Shown: positions 12,725 through 46,316, numbered from the stretch's first letter. The stretch is 64,000 bases of DNA from Vicugna vicugna (GCA_013265495.1 MU058423.1:2743061-2807060); one strand, 5' to 3'. Notes: generated from the sequence alone by a model not told the origin. A program made the numbers and translations.

Positions 12725-13767
12725 TATAAATTAAACAATTACAGGTACATAAAGAACTCAGTTTGGGGATGAGTTCTTACTGGTTTATTTGCAAAGTGTC
12801 TCCAGTCTACCCTGACTATTCTGCCAGTTTATTTTGCTCCTGGACCTATGTGCCTAGCTCTCCAAGATGTTTATACAACTTTTTCAGTTTCTGAAGCTGG
12901 CTCATTTTCTCACATTTTACCACACTCCCTTCCCTTCTGTCTTCTATGGCTCCTTTACTATTTTTTTCAGAGGAACACTTGGTTCAACTTTTAATGAAAC
13001 ACTTATTTATTGATCTGAATTGATTATGAGGTGTTAGATTTTTATGCCGTAAGGGTACACTTTCTTGCGAGAAAACAAGAAAAGACTCTTCTGATCCACA
13101 ATCAGAGCTACCTGTGGCTCCCCTTCATATACAATTTTTAGGGCACAAACACATTTACCCAGAGGATCCTACATTCAAGTAATTTTGTGAGACATTCACC
13201 ACCATATCTGCTATTAGCAGGGGCTACAGAGTACCTTGCATCCCTGGGTTCAGGAAATAATATTATGCTCAAGTACCTATCTAGTTATATAGGTAGTCAC
13301 TATATATTAATTTCAAAGGCATTTCAAAAGATCAAGTATAGAGAATTTAACTAACATTTTTCAATAGAAAGGCCACATTAGCTGACCAGAAACCTAAAGG
13401 ATACCATTCTTTTCTCAGAACTCTAACAGATCCCTGAGGATTGCCACTCGGAATTTCTCCTCAGTTTTATTAGTGTCAAACTTATTGGCTAGGGACCACA
13501 AAACGAAATTCCTCTTGAATTCATGAAGGCAGGAAATAAACGACAGGAAAAATATCTAATCCCCAAAGACTTATTTCTACATCTTCCCTACCATTGAAAT
13601 GCCTTAGTTATTTACAAAGCTAATCTAGGGCCAGGTTATGAACCTGACTTGACAGAGGCAGGCCTGGGGAGGTTAAGGCCTTACCAGTGGTATATCATTA
13701 ACCAGAACCCTGGCATTTCCTTTAAGTCCTATCTTGCCCACTAAACGACTTCTGTGTGTGTGTGTGT

Positions 13768-13898
13768 GGAGGGGGGAATTAGGTTATTTGTTTGTTTGTT
13801 TACTTACTTATTTATTTTTAATGGAGGTCCCAGGGATTGAACTCTGAACCTTGTGCATGCTAAGCACGCGCTCTAGCACTTGAGCTATATCCTTCCCC
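13768..13898 (-). mobile_element. tRNA-derived SINE (vic-1-like)
   Basis: A/B-box head, AT-rich linker and CCTAATTCCCCCC tail on the minus strand; adjacent (TG)n. Confidence 0.85.
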
Positions 13899-14856
13899 AA
13901 AATGATAGACTGGCTATCTTTCTTGAACAAACAGTTCATTTACAGTCTTTCTACAAAGCTGCGCAGTTGCTCTCCTTAGAGAAGGGAAGCCAGAAGAACA
14001 AAACACACGTTACCACCTGCTGATTCTTCATACATAACAGAGAAAGCAGTTAACAGTTTGAATCACGGATCCAGAGCTCTGGGGCACCAGGTGGAAAACC
14101 TGTACTGGGAACAGGGGGGTGAGGGGAGAGGAATGGAAAGAAATGCTAATAAAATTACCTTGACCATGTGGAAATTTCTAGACTTCCCTACCGACTAAAA
14201 CCCACCAACTTTTCTCAACAAATGAGCCATGGGAGGGGTGGGCTAAAGCGAATGGACTCGCCCACAGCGCCGGCTCAGACACACCCCAGCGAACACCACC
14301 TCCCAAGTCGAGCCCCGGAGCCCGCCACACAACACCTGGAGGAAGTCAGCGCCAGAGCCGGAAGAGCGTGGAATCCCGCGAAAGGCTGGGCGGGTAGAGG
14401 ACGAGAGAGACCGGGACCAACGTGCTCGTTGGGGATTGTGGAACCGGCGAGGGACCTATCAGGGTTCAGACAGCCCAACTCTCTACAAATTCTCCCAGTT
14501 GCCAATCTTGGAACGGGTTCACATCTTTTCTGAAAAGAGAACTCTTACCACACGCTTTCAGCTCGGAGCGCCCCTAGCAACCACCAGGCTTGACAGCGGA
14601 AGAACGACTTTTGCCCCGCCCCCGTGGGCTAACCGAGGCCTGGCGGGGAAGCGCGTTGGCCCAATCACCTCGGCGGGAACTCCAACTAACCAATAGGAGG
14701 CAGACGCAGGAGGGCGGGCTGAAGGGGTCGCGGGCGCACGCGCAGCTGGGACTGGGGCCTCTGTTGAGTGGCGGTGTGGGTGAGTTGGGTACAGGTGGAC
14801 TCGTGTTGGCCCTCAGAATCCCCGAGTAGCCACCGCTGCTTCCTCCTGCTCTCACC

Positions 14857-36096
<21,240 letters not shown>

Positions 36097-36238
36097 AGAA
36101 GTGTGATCCTCAGAATTTCTTGGAGACAATTTCAGTTCTCCTAATTGCCCTTAACTTTTATTTTCAGCTCCATTTCCTTGGACATCCTCCAGTGTATGTG
36201 CATTTTTTTATGATGTCTGTACATAAAGGCAGTTCTGG

Positions 36239-36244
36239 AATAAA
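36239..36244 (+). terminator. PSMA5 proximal polyadenylation signal AATAAA
   Basis: Canonical hexamer about 140 nt after the stop, preceded by TGTA motifs. Confidence 0.8.
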
Positions 36245-38959
36245 GAAAAATTTAAAATATTTAATAGACTATTCTCTTCTAATGCAGTCTTTTGTACAAA
36301 ATGCTTATGTTAGACTAGGGCAAAAAGGATAGTGATGTTAAATAATATCCCTATCCTATCAGAGTGCCTATTCTAAAATTATTTTAGTGGCTCTTTACGC
36401 AGAATCGGCTATATCATGAATTCCTTGGTGTTGACAGAGGAACTCAGACTAGTTCAGCTCTTCCTCATGTGTTACAGATATTAATACCACTGTAAACCCA
36501 TTTCAGTTCTGTAGTTTCTCTTGAGCAAATAGGTATTTTTGCTACTTTCCTTATATGAAGGAGATGCTGCTAACTGACCATCAAAAGAACATTTTCTTGA
36601 AGTCCTCCCCAAAACTGTGATGGTTTGGAATAAGCCAGCTACAATGTTGTATTAGTCCTTGTGCCTTACCAGACAATTTGGAACGAAATTTTATTTATTA
36701 TCTTCATTAACATCTGTAGGAACTCTGATGTCAAATTCTGATTATGTGAATAGGCTGAATTCACAATGAATTCATCTGCAATGATGGAAAATGTTTGGAA
36801 GAAAAGAATTTTGCTCTAGAGAAACACACATATATGGAAAATAGGTGACTAGAGTTACATTGTCACCAGTGTTCTAGAGACTGTCCTGGTGATTTTAACT
36901 GTTAGTAAATATAACATGATCATGAGATTAATTTCTCTCATGTTCACCTCTTACCAAATGCTAGTGGAAAATGCCATTGAAAAATCATATCAACTTCTGT
37001 TTATTCAGATTTAACAAATCTGAGTACCTGTGTACTGTATGTCAAGTAATGTATTAGGTATTGGGGATAGAGGTATGAAAATACCAGGTGTGGTCTGTGG
37101 CTCCTATGAAGCTTCTAGTGGGGAGAACTAAATAATAAACAATACCCCATTTAACTCAATGTCGGTTAATGCAGAAATGGAAAAAACATGCTGCTTTAGG
37201 GAGAGGTGAGGTGTTTGAGACGTGTTATGGAGGGAAAACACAAATACTACAAAATAAAATAGTTCTTAGCTTCAAGCTTACTCTACTGGTGAAACAGTAA
37301 ATTTCATACCCTCTATAATTCCAATTACAGAATTCTTAATAGAATTATAGCATTCTTGAAAGAACTTTGTTTTTTTTTTTGAATTTTAAATTTTTCTACA
37401 AGGCTTCTTGTGTCCATTTAGACAGAATCAGAGAAATAATCTTACTGGCAAAAGCTAGTTTTGTGATGTGTAACTGCTTTCTATTCTTTCTGCTGCAGAA
37501 TTTACCTTGGAGAAGAGTAAGGGTCTGGTAATAAGATAAATCTACATATTTTAGTCCTGCCAATAAGGTAAGACCTTAGGTATGGTATTTCACAAAGGAG
37601 ATCTGACAGTGCAACTATTGTATTTAGTGCCTGTGTCATTAGACAAAAGTGAAATACTAAAATAGTTCATTCACTAACATTTTCTCAGTGCCATATGCAA
37701 GGTACCATGTCCCCAATGGCTGATACAGTTTGAGGAAGGAAATACATATTCTGTAAGCATATAATAATAACCAAAAGCAATATATTAAAAAAGCGAAGGT
37801 ACAGGTAATTCTAACAGCTTCAGAGTTTAAAAGTATATTTAGTAATTTCTCCAGGAGATGGCACTGTTGAGTTGTCTTTTTTTTTCTTTTAGACAGTAAG
37901 ACAATAGACCATTCATCTTTGTGTCACCCAAACAAAGAAATATTCCTATATAGCCCCTCTTCTTTCCCCAGCTAATCACATGCTACTGGAACTGACTGTC
38001 TTGTGATCTACTCCATAGTTGGCAATAGATTAAAAATAATTTGTATTAAAAAAGTAATCTGACACATTATAGTTAATAGAAAGGAACAAATTGTTCACCA
38101 GTTTTCATGGAGCTCTGTCTTGTCATTTCAGTAGCTAAGAACTTGGAAGACTATTCTAGTGATTTTACCAAACTTCCCAGATGCCATTTAAAATTTTTTT
38201 CACTTGTCATGTCTTACTATGGTGGTTATGGCAAAATGTAAATTTGTAAATGTAAAAAATGTAAATCTTTGCAAATTGGTGCAACTAGAAGGATTTTAAT
38301 GTAAACCTTGGGTTGGGTTCATTGCACCATTCATTTTGCTCTACAATGAATATATTCCTATTTGGGTTTACCTCCAGTTTATAGTTAAAAGTAATTTCTA
38401 GTTGCATTCTTTATTTGGATGTAATATTTTGTATTCTTTATATCTTTCTATTTGCTACCTTTTCTACTGAACAACTTCTAGCATTCTGAAAGGATGGAGT
38501 CAGTGGGAGAATATCCAGAACTGGTTTTACCTGCATTGCATGTTCCAGAATGAAGTTATGTGTGTAGTTTCTGCGATAAAGAGAACAGTGTAGGGGTTTT
38601 ATTTATTGGAGGCAGGATGCTAATTTAGGGGACACCATATGCTGAAAACCAAACTTGTTTAATACACTCAATTGCAGAGTCAAGGCACTTTGGTGAAGAT
38701 AAATATGCATCTATGTAATGATCATGTCTAAAATAGGTCCTGGGCAATTCTCTTCCTCCCTACCCGCTTTTACCTGCCCCGAATGTCTAAGCTACTTTCT
38801 AACTCCAGGAAAATCAATAAGCAGTTCCTCCTTTGGTCTAACTCCTTGAAGAAGAGGAAGATGAGTGAGACTTTTCCCCAGGCTTGCGTGAGTCAGGGAT
38901 GTCCTGATGTCTATCTGCCTTCGTAGGATTTAGCCCACACAGTTCGCATTCACCTTTTG

Positions 38960-40330
38960 TCAGAAAGGCGGCTGCTTCAGTAGACAATGGGCGCTCCAGT
39001 GTGCGAGGGTTAAAAACCAGAAGCACCGGTTCGTGACGGAGCCCCCTTTTCCAGATGAGCAAGCTAAGGGATTCCCTTAGATTTCCCAGGCGCTGCCGCA
39101 ACCCAAGGAGTTTTAGGGGTGTCTCTGAGGGAGAAGAGGGGACTAACCCAGCCCCAACCTGAGGGTGCCAGAGGGAGCCGCAAGGGGTCGAGTCTCCACG
39201 AAGCGGGGGAGCTTCTCTGGAAGGAGGAAAGCTCCTACGCTAACTCTGGAAGCCCGGCCTCGGAAACGCCAGGCGAGGAGTGTGATGACCTCAGCCGTCT
39301 CTGCACGTTTCAGCCAATCAGTCCCGCATCTTGGCATCCGAATCCAGGACCCCCGAAGCCCGAGGCGACGCGAGCCAATGAGCAGTGGGCCGGGGAAGAA
39401 GGACAGCCGGCCAGCCTATGGGGGCGGAGAGGCCCGGCTGCGCGTATCCAAGGAGCGCCGGGCTCGGGCTCGGGGGTGTGGCGCGGCGCCGGCGGGGGTG
39501 GGCGGGCGCGCCGGGCGGCAGGTGTCGGCGGCGTCGGCATTCGGTGGCGATGGAGCGGCCCCGGGGAGCTGCGGACGGCCTCTCGCGCTGGCCTCACGGC
39601 CTCGGCCTCCTCCTTCTCCTCCTCCTCCAGCTGCTGCCGCCTGCGACCCTCGGCCAGGACCGGCTGGACGCGCCGCCACCGCCCGCAGCGCCGCTGTCGC
39701 GCTGGTCTGGCCCCGTCGGGGTGAGCTGGGGGCTGCGCGCGGCCGCGTCCGGGGGCCCGGCTCCCCGCGGCGGCCGTTGGCGCCGCAGCGTGTTCGAGGA
39801 GGACGAGGACTGCGGCGGGGTTCAGGACTTCGTCGCCAGGCTGGCCAACAACACGCACCAGGTGAGCGGGCACCGGGCCCGGGCACCGCCCGGACTGCGA
39901 GGTGCCGCCCCTGGGCCCTTGGGCCCCTGGCGGCAGTCCTCCCCGCCCGCGCAGCTGGCCCTTCTGTCTCTGTCCGCGCGCCTCGCGTCCCCGCGGAGGA
40001 GACCCCGGCGGCTCGCCGGCCCCGCGGCGCCCGCGCCCCTGGGGCTGCGGCCCCGAAACTGCGGCGGGCGGGCGGGTCAAGTCGGGCCCGGGGAGCGGTT
40101 CCTGGACACCGCGGCCCGGGCGTCTGTGTTTCGTCACAGGGGAGGCAGTCTTAGACTTTCACGGCATTTTTTTTTAAGTTGTCAAAATCTCTCGAGCGTC
40201 GTTGTTTTCCGTCTGTGTAAATAATTAGGATCCAGTAACGCTATACCCCACCAGGAAGCTGGAGGAATAATTACCTCTTAAGTGGTTGGAAGTTGGGCTG
40301 CGCAGAAGCGAAGGTGCGTCCTCTCGGGGT
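38960..40330 (+). promoter_or_regulatory. SORT1 CpG-island promoter and first exon
   Basis: Very GC/CpG-rich; AGCCAAT boxes (CCAAT 39314 and 39375); GC box GGGGCGG 39421; TGACCTCA CRE-like site 39286. Confidence 0.92.
39550..39861 (+). CDS. SORT1: Sortilin coding exon 1: 35-aa signal peptide, 44-aa propeptide ending in furin site RWRR (39775-39786), start of mature protein
   Basis: [104 protein letters not shown]; Kozak GCGATGG; donor CAG|GTGAGC, phase 0. Confidence 0.98.
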
Positions 40331-42889
40331 CAGTACTTTCAGGGTGGATAGGCGGCTGTTCAGAAATCCCAAAGCAGTTGTTAGGTTACTGTGTGTATTT
40401 TAATAGTTAAAGAGAGAAGCTTGGAAATGGGATGACAGTATATATGTGATCTCTCTTTTTTACGCCTTCAGTTTGACCTTCTATCATGGCATTGGACTCT
40501 GACCAGGATGTGTATATCCTTTTGTAACAAGGTTTCCAACAGTTAAGAAACACATTGCAGTTATTCTGCTTTGAGCTAGGTCCTAGTCGAAAACTTTAAA
40601 AATTGTGGCAGTTCGGTCTCTGGGGACAAGCACCTCAACCTTTGCACACTACTGGATTGACAAAGCCAGTTGTTAGGAATGGCCCCTCTCCTTGTTCCAG
40701 TGCAACTTGGGCATCTTCCCCATGTATTTTCTAGAACTAACGATTTTATAGTTGCTACCTATATTTGCACAATGTATTTTCAAATTTAATATATTTTTTC
40801 TTATACACCTTCCTCTTTCAAAGAGAGTTGCACATGGGGACAGAGGTGAGTGGCTAACTGTTCTTGTCGTTGTAGAACTATATTATGTAGAAACCAAATC
40901 TGTCTCCCTTTGGACTATCCTTCTCCCTCTGCCTAAACTATACTTGCTACCTGTGCAGAATTCTCTGATCTGGGGACCCAGGACAATTGCAGTCAAAGCA
41001 CAAGCAGTCAGGGATAACTCTTGCTTAATGCAGTCCAAGCAGCAGCTGTGTAAAGGTGGCCAAGCTAGTGCTGATGTGTGGGACAGGTTGTGTGCAGATA
41101 GGGTAGAATGAGTACTGGGAAGTCTTCCTGTTTGATGAGGAAAAAAAAAATTGTGTAGACTTCCATATCACAGTGGGGAGTTGAGAAAGGCTTTACAACA
41201 CCAGTGCCTAATTTATAATGGGGCCACTTCCTTCCTTGAGCCAGCTAGACACAACATTCTTATTCCTAATTTCAGATTTTTCTCTTGTTGGTTGACCTAC
41301 CTTTAGGCTCTGAGCTTACACCTGGATTTATTCCTTTAGTCAGAGTCTTCCCTAGTTGCTTTGAATTGATACGTCACTTGTAATATATTGATTCTAAAGC
41401 AAAGGGTTGAAAAAGCTGCCTCAGGGGATTCTTAGGCCATATCTACTGAAGAACAGATCTGAAACCTCATTCATTGAAGTCTGTATGTAAAAAAAAAAAA
41501 AAAATCCCTCTTTTTCTTTCATTTTATTTAGCTACAGTTTCCAGTGATTTGTTTTAAACTTACTTTTTTAGTCTCCTTTCAGTGACCTAATAGAAAAGAG
41601 CTTTTTTTTGTGTGGGTGTTTCTTAACCATTCATGGTTGTTTCTTCAGAGATCCTATTTTGTAGCCTATAATGGTAAAAGTGGAGCCACTGTTAATAGTC
41701 ATCACCTTAGAAATGGTTGACTAAAGCAGTTCTTAGCTGTCCACCCCCTTTACCAAGAATTGTTCCATAGTAGTCTGCTCTGCTTTTCAATTCTGTATTT
41801 CTAGGAGTCATGATAAAGCATCCTGAGCTCTGTTGAAGAGATCTAGTATTGGCGGATCCTCTATAAACAGTGTGAAATAAAAGAATCAGTATGACAGAAC
41901 TTTTTATCAGAAATATGGCATACTTTTGTACAGCTGGAAAGGTGCCATTTAGAGTAGTTTTTCATGAGATGACAGGATTTAATTCCCAAGAAAAATTAAA
42001 AATTCTTGGTTCTCTTATTTGTTATAACTTGCTGTTCATGTGAAGCCATATTACTTCATGTAGCCAGAGTGCATGAATACCCTCCAAATGTCCACGATGT
42101 GCTAGATGCTGGGAGTGCCAAGATTCCAAGACAAGATAAGTCAGACTGGAGAATGAAAAGCCTCAGAAGGTTTTAGCAAATCTCCTAGACCTGTTTCTGT
42201 GGCTTATTTGGCTTGTGAGAGTATGTTGGCACTTAACTAATCTTCTTAGGAAAGCAAAGGGGAACTAAAGCATGATAGTACTGTTCTGTTCTTCTGGTTT
42301 TAGGAGACCTGTGCCCTAATGACCTATAACTCAGGCTTCTTCACTCATGAAATCCAACTAGTGCGTGTGTGTATTTATAAATGCTTTTTTTCTTAGACTC
42401 AATAAATAACCTTCCTTTTGCCTTTAACCCCAGACTGTTTTCATGCCATGCTTTTAACTGATCCTTTCCTTTAAGCGTTTGGAGTATTCATGACATTTAT
42501 GACCTTTGTGCATGAGAGAAGTTGAGCAAGCCTAGAAGATTTTTTTAATGTTGGTTGCTAAGTTGGATTGCTTCAAAACATTCCTCCTATAAGCACCCCT
42601 TTGAGGTTAGGCATGAAACTCTGTCTTAAAGAAACAGATGAACTGCCTTGGCCAGAGTTATGGTGGTGGCTGACATAATTTCCTTACTTCTCATTTCTGA
42701 ATTCAGAACTTTTGACAGTTACCTTAAAACTTTTCAAACTTACGATTAATAAAGCCAGGAGCTGTTGTTGTTCACTCTCTGTTCTCCTCCTGTTCTGTCA
42801 TTAACTCCTTTACACGTAACTTCCCAACTTCTACCTCAACATCAAAGCATCTGGTTTCTTAAATAAACAGGCCCTGAATGAGGCCGTGT

Positions 42890-43046
42890 TGTGCGGGGCG
42901 TCAGCTCTGAGAAGAATGTGTGTGTGTGTTTGCTGGTGCTGGCAGAGCTGAGTCCAGGCCACAGGACTGAATGTGCCTGTTGGAGGCTTCGGGGAGCTGC
43001 CGCACTTAGTCTCTTGTGGATCTTTGTCACATCCGGAAATCTGAAG
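42890..43046 (+). other. Candidate alternative first exon of SORT1 in intron 1
   Basis: Non-repetitive segment with local CpGs; TTAAATAAA at 42859; donor AAG|GTCAGT at 43047; stop-free frame 42882-43046 in phase with exon 2; 5' end approximate. Confidence 0.55.
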
Positions 43047-46000
43047 GTCAGTGCCTTTAACTGCCCCGGAACTTTCTAACTGCCTTATTTATTTCAGTAC
43101 CCAGCCCCTCTTCATCCTACCTTCCCCAGCACTCCCACCCTCACCCCCTAGTTACTCTTCTCTTGAGTCCTGTTTCATCTGTTTATTTTGGGATCAAGAA
43201 ATAGGAGTTCTGTAGGATCTCGCTCCTGTCCTGGTTGAGCAGAGTGAGCACAGTCCTCCCGAGGATTCCACGCCCATGCGGTGTGCTGTCAGGCCTTTAA
43301 CCCTTCAGGATGTTAAATGACTTCTGCGTTGAGGATTTCGGTTAGGAAGATTGGCAGAGTAGATGAGGTGTATTTATCTGGGGGAAGGTTAATCTTCATC
43401 TGAGGTTTGGTTGGACGAGGGTAGAGAGCTAGCCAGGCAGGACAAATGGCTCAAAGGGAATGCAGTGTAACAGTTAGGTAGGTTCTCTGCTGACTCAAAT
43501 ATTTGGCTCTGCACATAGTGATTTTTAATTCGAAAATTAAAAATCAGTATGGTGAATCTCCTATCTGTTTGTGAAAATAATTGGAAGCAGGCTTATGTTC
43601 TGGTCAGTGTCTAATGGCTATTTTCTTTTTATAATGATAACAATAATAGGCTCTTCATCCTGCTATTTCAATCTGATGTTTCACGTCAGGTTCGAAGAAG
43701 CTGTTAACAACCTCTTTTGCACTGTGCCGATTTCCAGTCAGCTCTTGCCAGTAAGCGTTATGTTCTCAGTAGGTGACTGCTGAGACTGTGCCCCCCAGCT
43801 TTGTCCTAGTGGGCCTGTTACCCTTGTGTGATCCTCATAGGAAGGGCGGTGCTTAACACCAGGTTGTAGTGGTCCGATAGGAGAGTCACATTTCATTTTC
43901 TTCCTCCATTCCTAATCGCCCCTACCCCTCAAGTTCTGTCTTTGCAGAGAGTGAACTGTACTTTGAGACTGCAGAAATGATGCTCTGATGTTTTATACAA
44001 TTAGAAGCTAATATTAAAGTAGACAAGACTATCAAATTTGATATGCAATTAAAATACAGCTTTTCCGGCAAGAGGCTGTGTGGCAGTGGCTCCCAAAATA
44101 CTGTAAAACAGACACTGCATTTGTAAATTTCTGGAAAAAAAATTTAGTTATCTTTCTTTTTGTAACCAGTGTTTCTATTGCATCTTTTACTTCTCTTTTT
44201 AAACACTTGGTGAAAACTTGTTCTTCCCACTGTGTATGTGGCCTCACTGTTCTGTACATAGGTGGTTTTGAGGAGTAATGGGGCTTGAGGAACAAGATGG
44301 TCAGCTTCAGTCAGTTCTGGGCAGGCTTTTTACTGTCACTGTAATGGTGACTACAGTCAAAGTTGGGTTAGTAAAATGTGGCTTTGAGCTAGCTGGGATG
44401 AATGAACCTTCATGAAAGACCTCCATCCATTTAGAGGTTGTTAGTTGAATGCTGAGCATGTGGGGGTTTTGTTTGTTTTTTTTTTTTAAGATTGAGGCTA
44501 TTTTTCCTGCTCTATCCTCAACCCAAGTCTCAGGAAACCACAGAGAAAACAAAATCTTTGATTCAGAGCCTGTAGTGTTTTGCTAAGAAAGTTTTCTGTG
44601 AATGTAATTTATTTTCTGTTTTGCATTTCAGTATCTGGCCCTCAACTCCTCATCTACAACATGAGAAGTTTTGGACTAGATTTAAAATGTCTTTAAAAAT
44701 TTTGTGATTCATATGGAAGAAGGGGCCAGAGGTTGTGATCACAAATGTTTATTGGTTGATTCCAAATTTAGAAGCAAATTGTGGCTCTTCTGCTTCCCAG
44801 CTGAACTTGAACGTAGCCTGAATTTCACATCTGGGGGTAATTTGTTACCACCTCCAGAACTTGCTTCAGTGAAATACGAGTGTTCTTAAAGACAACAGGA
44901 GTACTTTTTTTTTTCCATATAATTATGAAAGACATTTGACTCATTTTTTGGGAAATGCTTTATTGTTCCTTGTTGACTGAAAAAAAATCTAACGCTACTC
45001 AAAGCTACTAGCTTGGATAGTCCAACAGCAAACCAAATTTGCTAGATAGCTAGCAGTAAATTTTTTTTCCTTCCCTATAGTACTCTGCCAAAATCGGGGC
45101 TTTTCTTTTTCATCCTGGCTGCCTATGTGTTTAAAAATATATGCTTGGCTTACTGTTAATATACTCAGTCCTGTGCTAGTTAGAAACTTAGGTGCGATTA
45201 ATTGGCTTGATTTATTTTCATTAGAAGAAAATGTATTTTTTTTCCTGCTACGGCTTATGAGTAGTACCTCTCTTATATTTGCTTTTGTTAAGGGTTTTAT
45301 TCTTTTCTTCCTGTGTGTTCTGAAAAACCAAGTTCTAATATTGTAGTTGAGCCAGTTTGCAAATCTCGTTCAACAATAAGATCACCCTGAAGGACCAAGA
45401 AAAACTGAACTGAGAAGGACCTTTTTAATTAACTATTACTTCCTAGACAAGATAGTTCAGATCAGATGTTCATCTGGTACCTGCTCCTTGTCAGAGGGAT
45501 TCAAATCATAAATGTGTTCTATACAAAATTCAAAAGAAATGTCTTAATACCCAGCTTTGAGTCCTGGCTCTGCTGCTTCATAGTTATGTTGGTGTGATCG
45601 TGGACAAACACTTAACTTCTCTGACCTTTATAGCTTGTTTGTTTTAACTAGAGAATCAACTTTAGGATTATTTGGAGGAGCAAATGAGAAGTTCTATCAA
45701 AATGTATTGTTAAGTGTAAAGCATTGTATAGATATCATTCACTTTAACACTTTTTGGGTTCAGGCCTCTGTGTAAGGAAAGTGGAACATTAAAAACATCC
45801 AAATTGGTGTCATTTTAAAATGGATTTTGTTGCCAAGAGTTTGGGAGAGCTTTTGAAGAAGGCATGAACACTGCAGTGCGGTGGTCTGGGAAGGTCTCAC
45901 GGATGAAGAGAGAATCAAGGTGTGGAGGGAATTCCTAGGAGGATCTGTAAAGGCAGAAAAGGTAGAGAAGTCCAAGACATGCTTAGGGAATGGTCAATGG

Positions 46001-46157
46001 AGAGTTTCTGTTGGGAAAAAGTAGTTCATGAGGTATGACTAAGGTTTCCAGGAAAACATATTGAAGAGTCAAAAAAGATAGCCCTCTGAGGGAGCTGGAA
46101 AGAGAAGGGGGATATGGGTAGGGAATGTGGTGTTAGGATTTACTAGAGAAAGTGTTT

Positions 46158-46316
46158 TGTTTGTTTGCTTGTTTTTTAATTCTTAAAAAAATTTCATTGA
46201 GAGGAGGAAGAGGTAATAAGGCTTATTATTATATTTTTTTAATGGAGGTACTGGGAATTGAACCCAGGACCTCATGCATGCTAAGCACGCACTCTACCAC
46301 TGAACCATACCCTCCC
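46158..46316 (-). mobile_element. tRNA-derived SINE (vic-1-like)
   Basis: Same head; TSD GGATTTACTAG(A/G)GAA(A/G)GTGTTT at 46136-46157 and 46319-46340. Confidence 0.88.

Noticed and set aside
39119..40224. Long overlapping ORFs of 156-329 aa on both strands around SORT1 exon 1
   Set aside because: Expected from stop-codon scarcity in a very GC-rich island; low-complexity Arg/Gly/Pro/Ala products. Only 39550-39861 matches a real protein.
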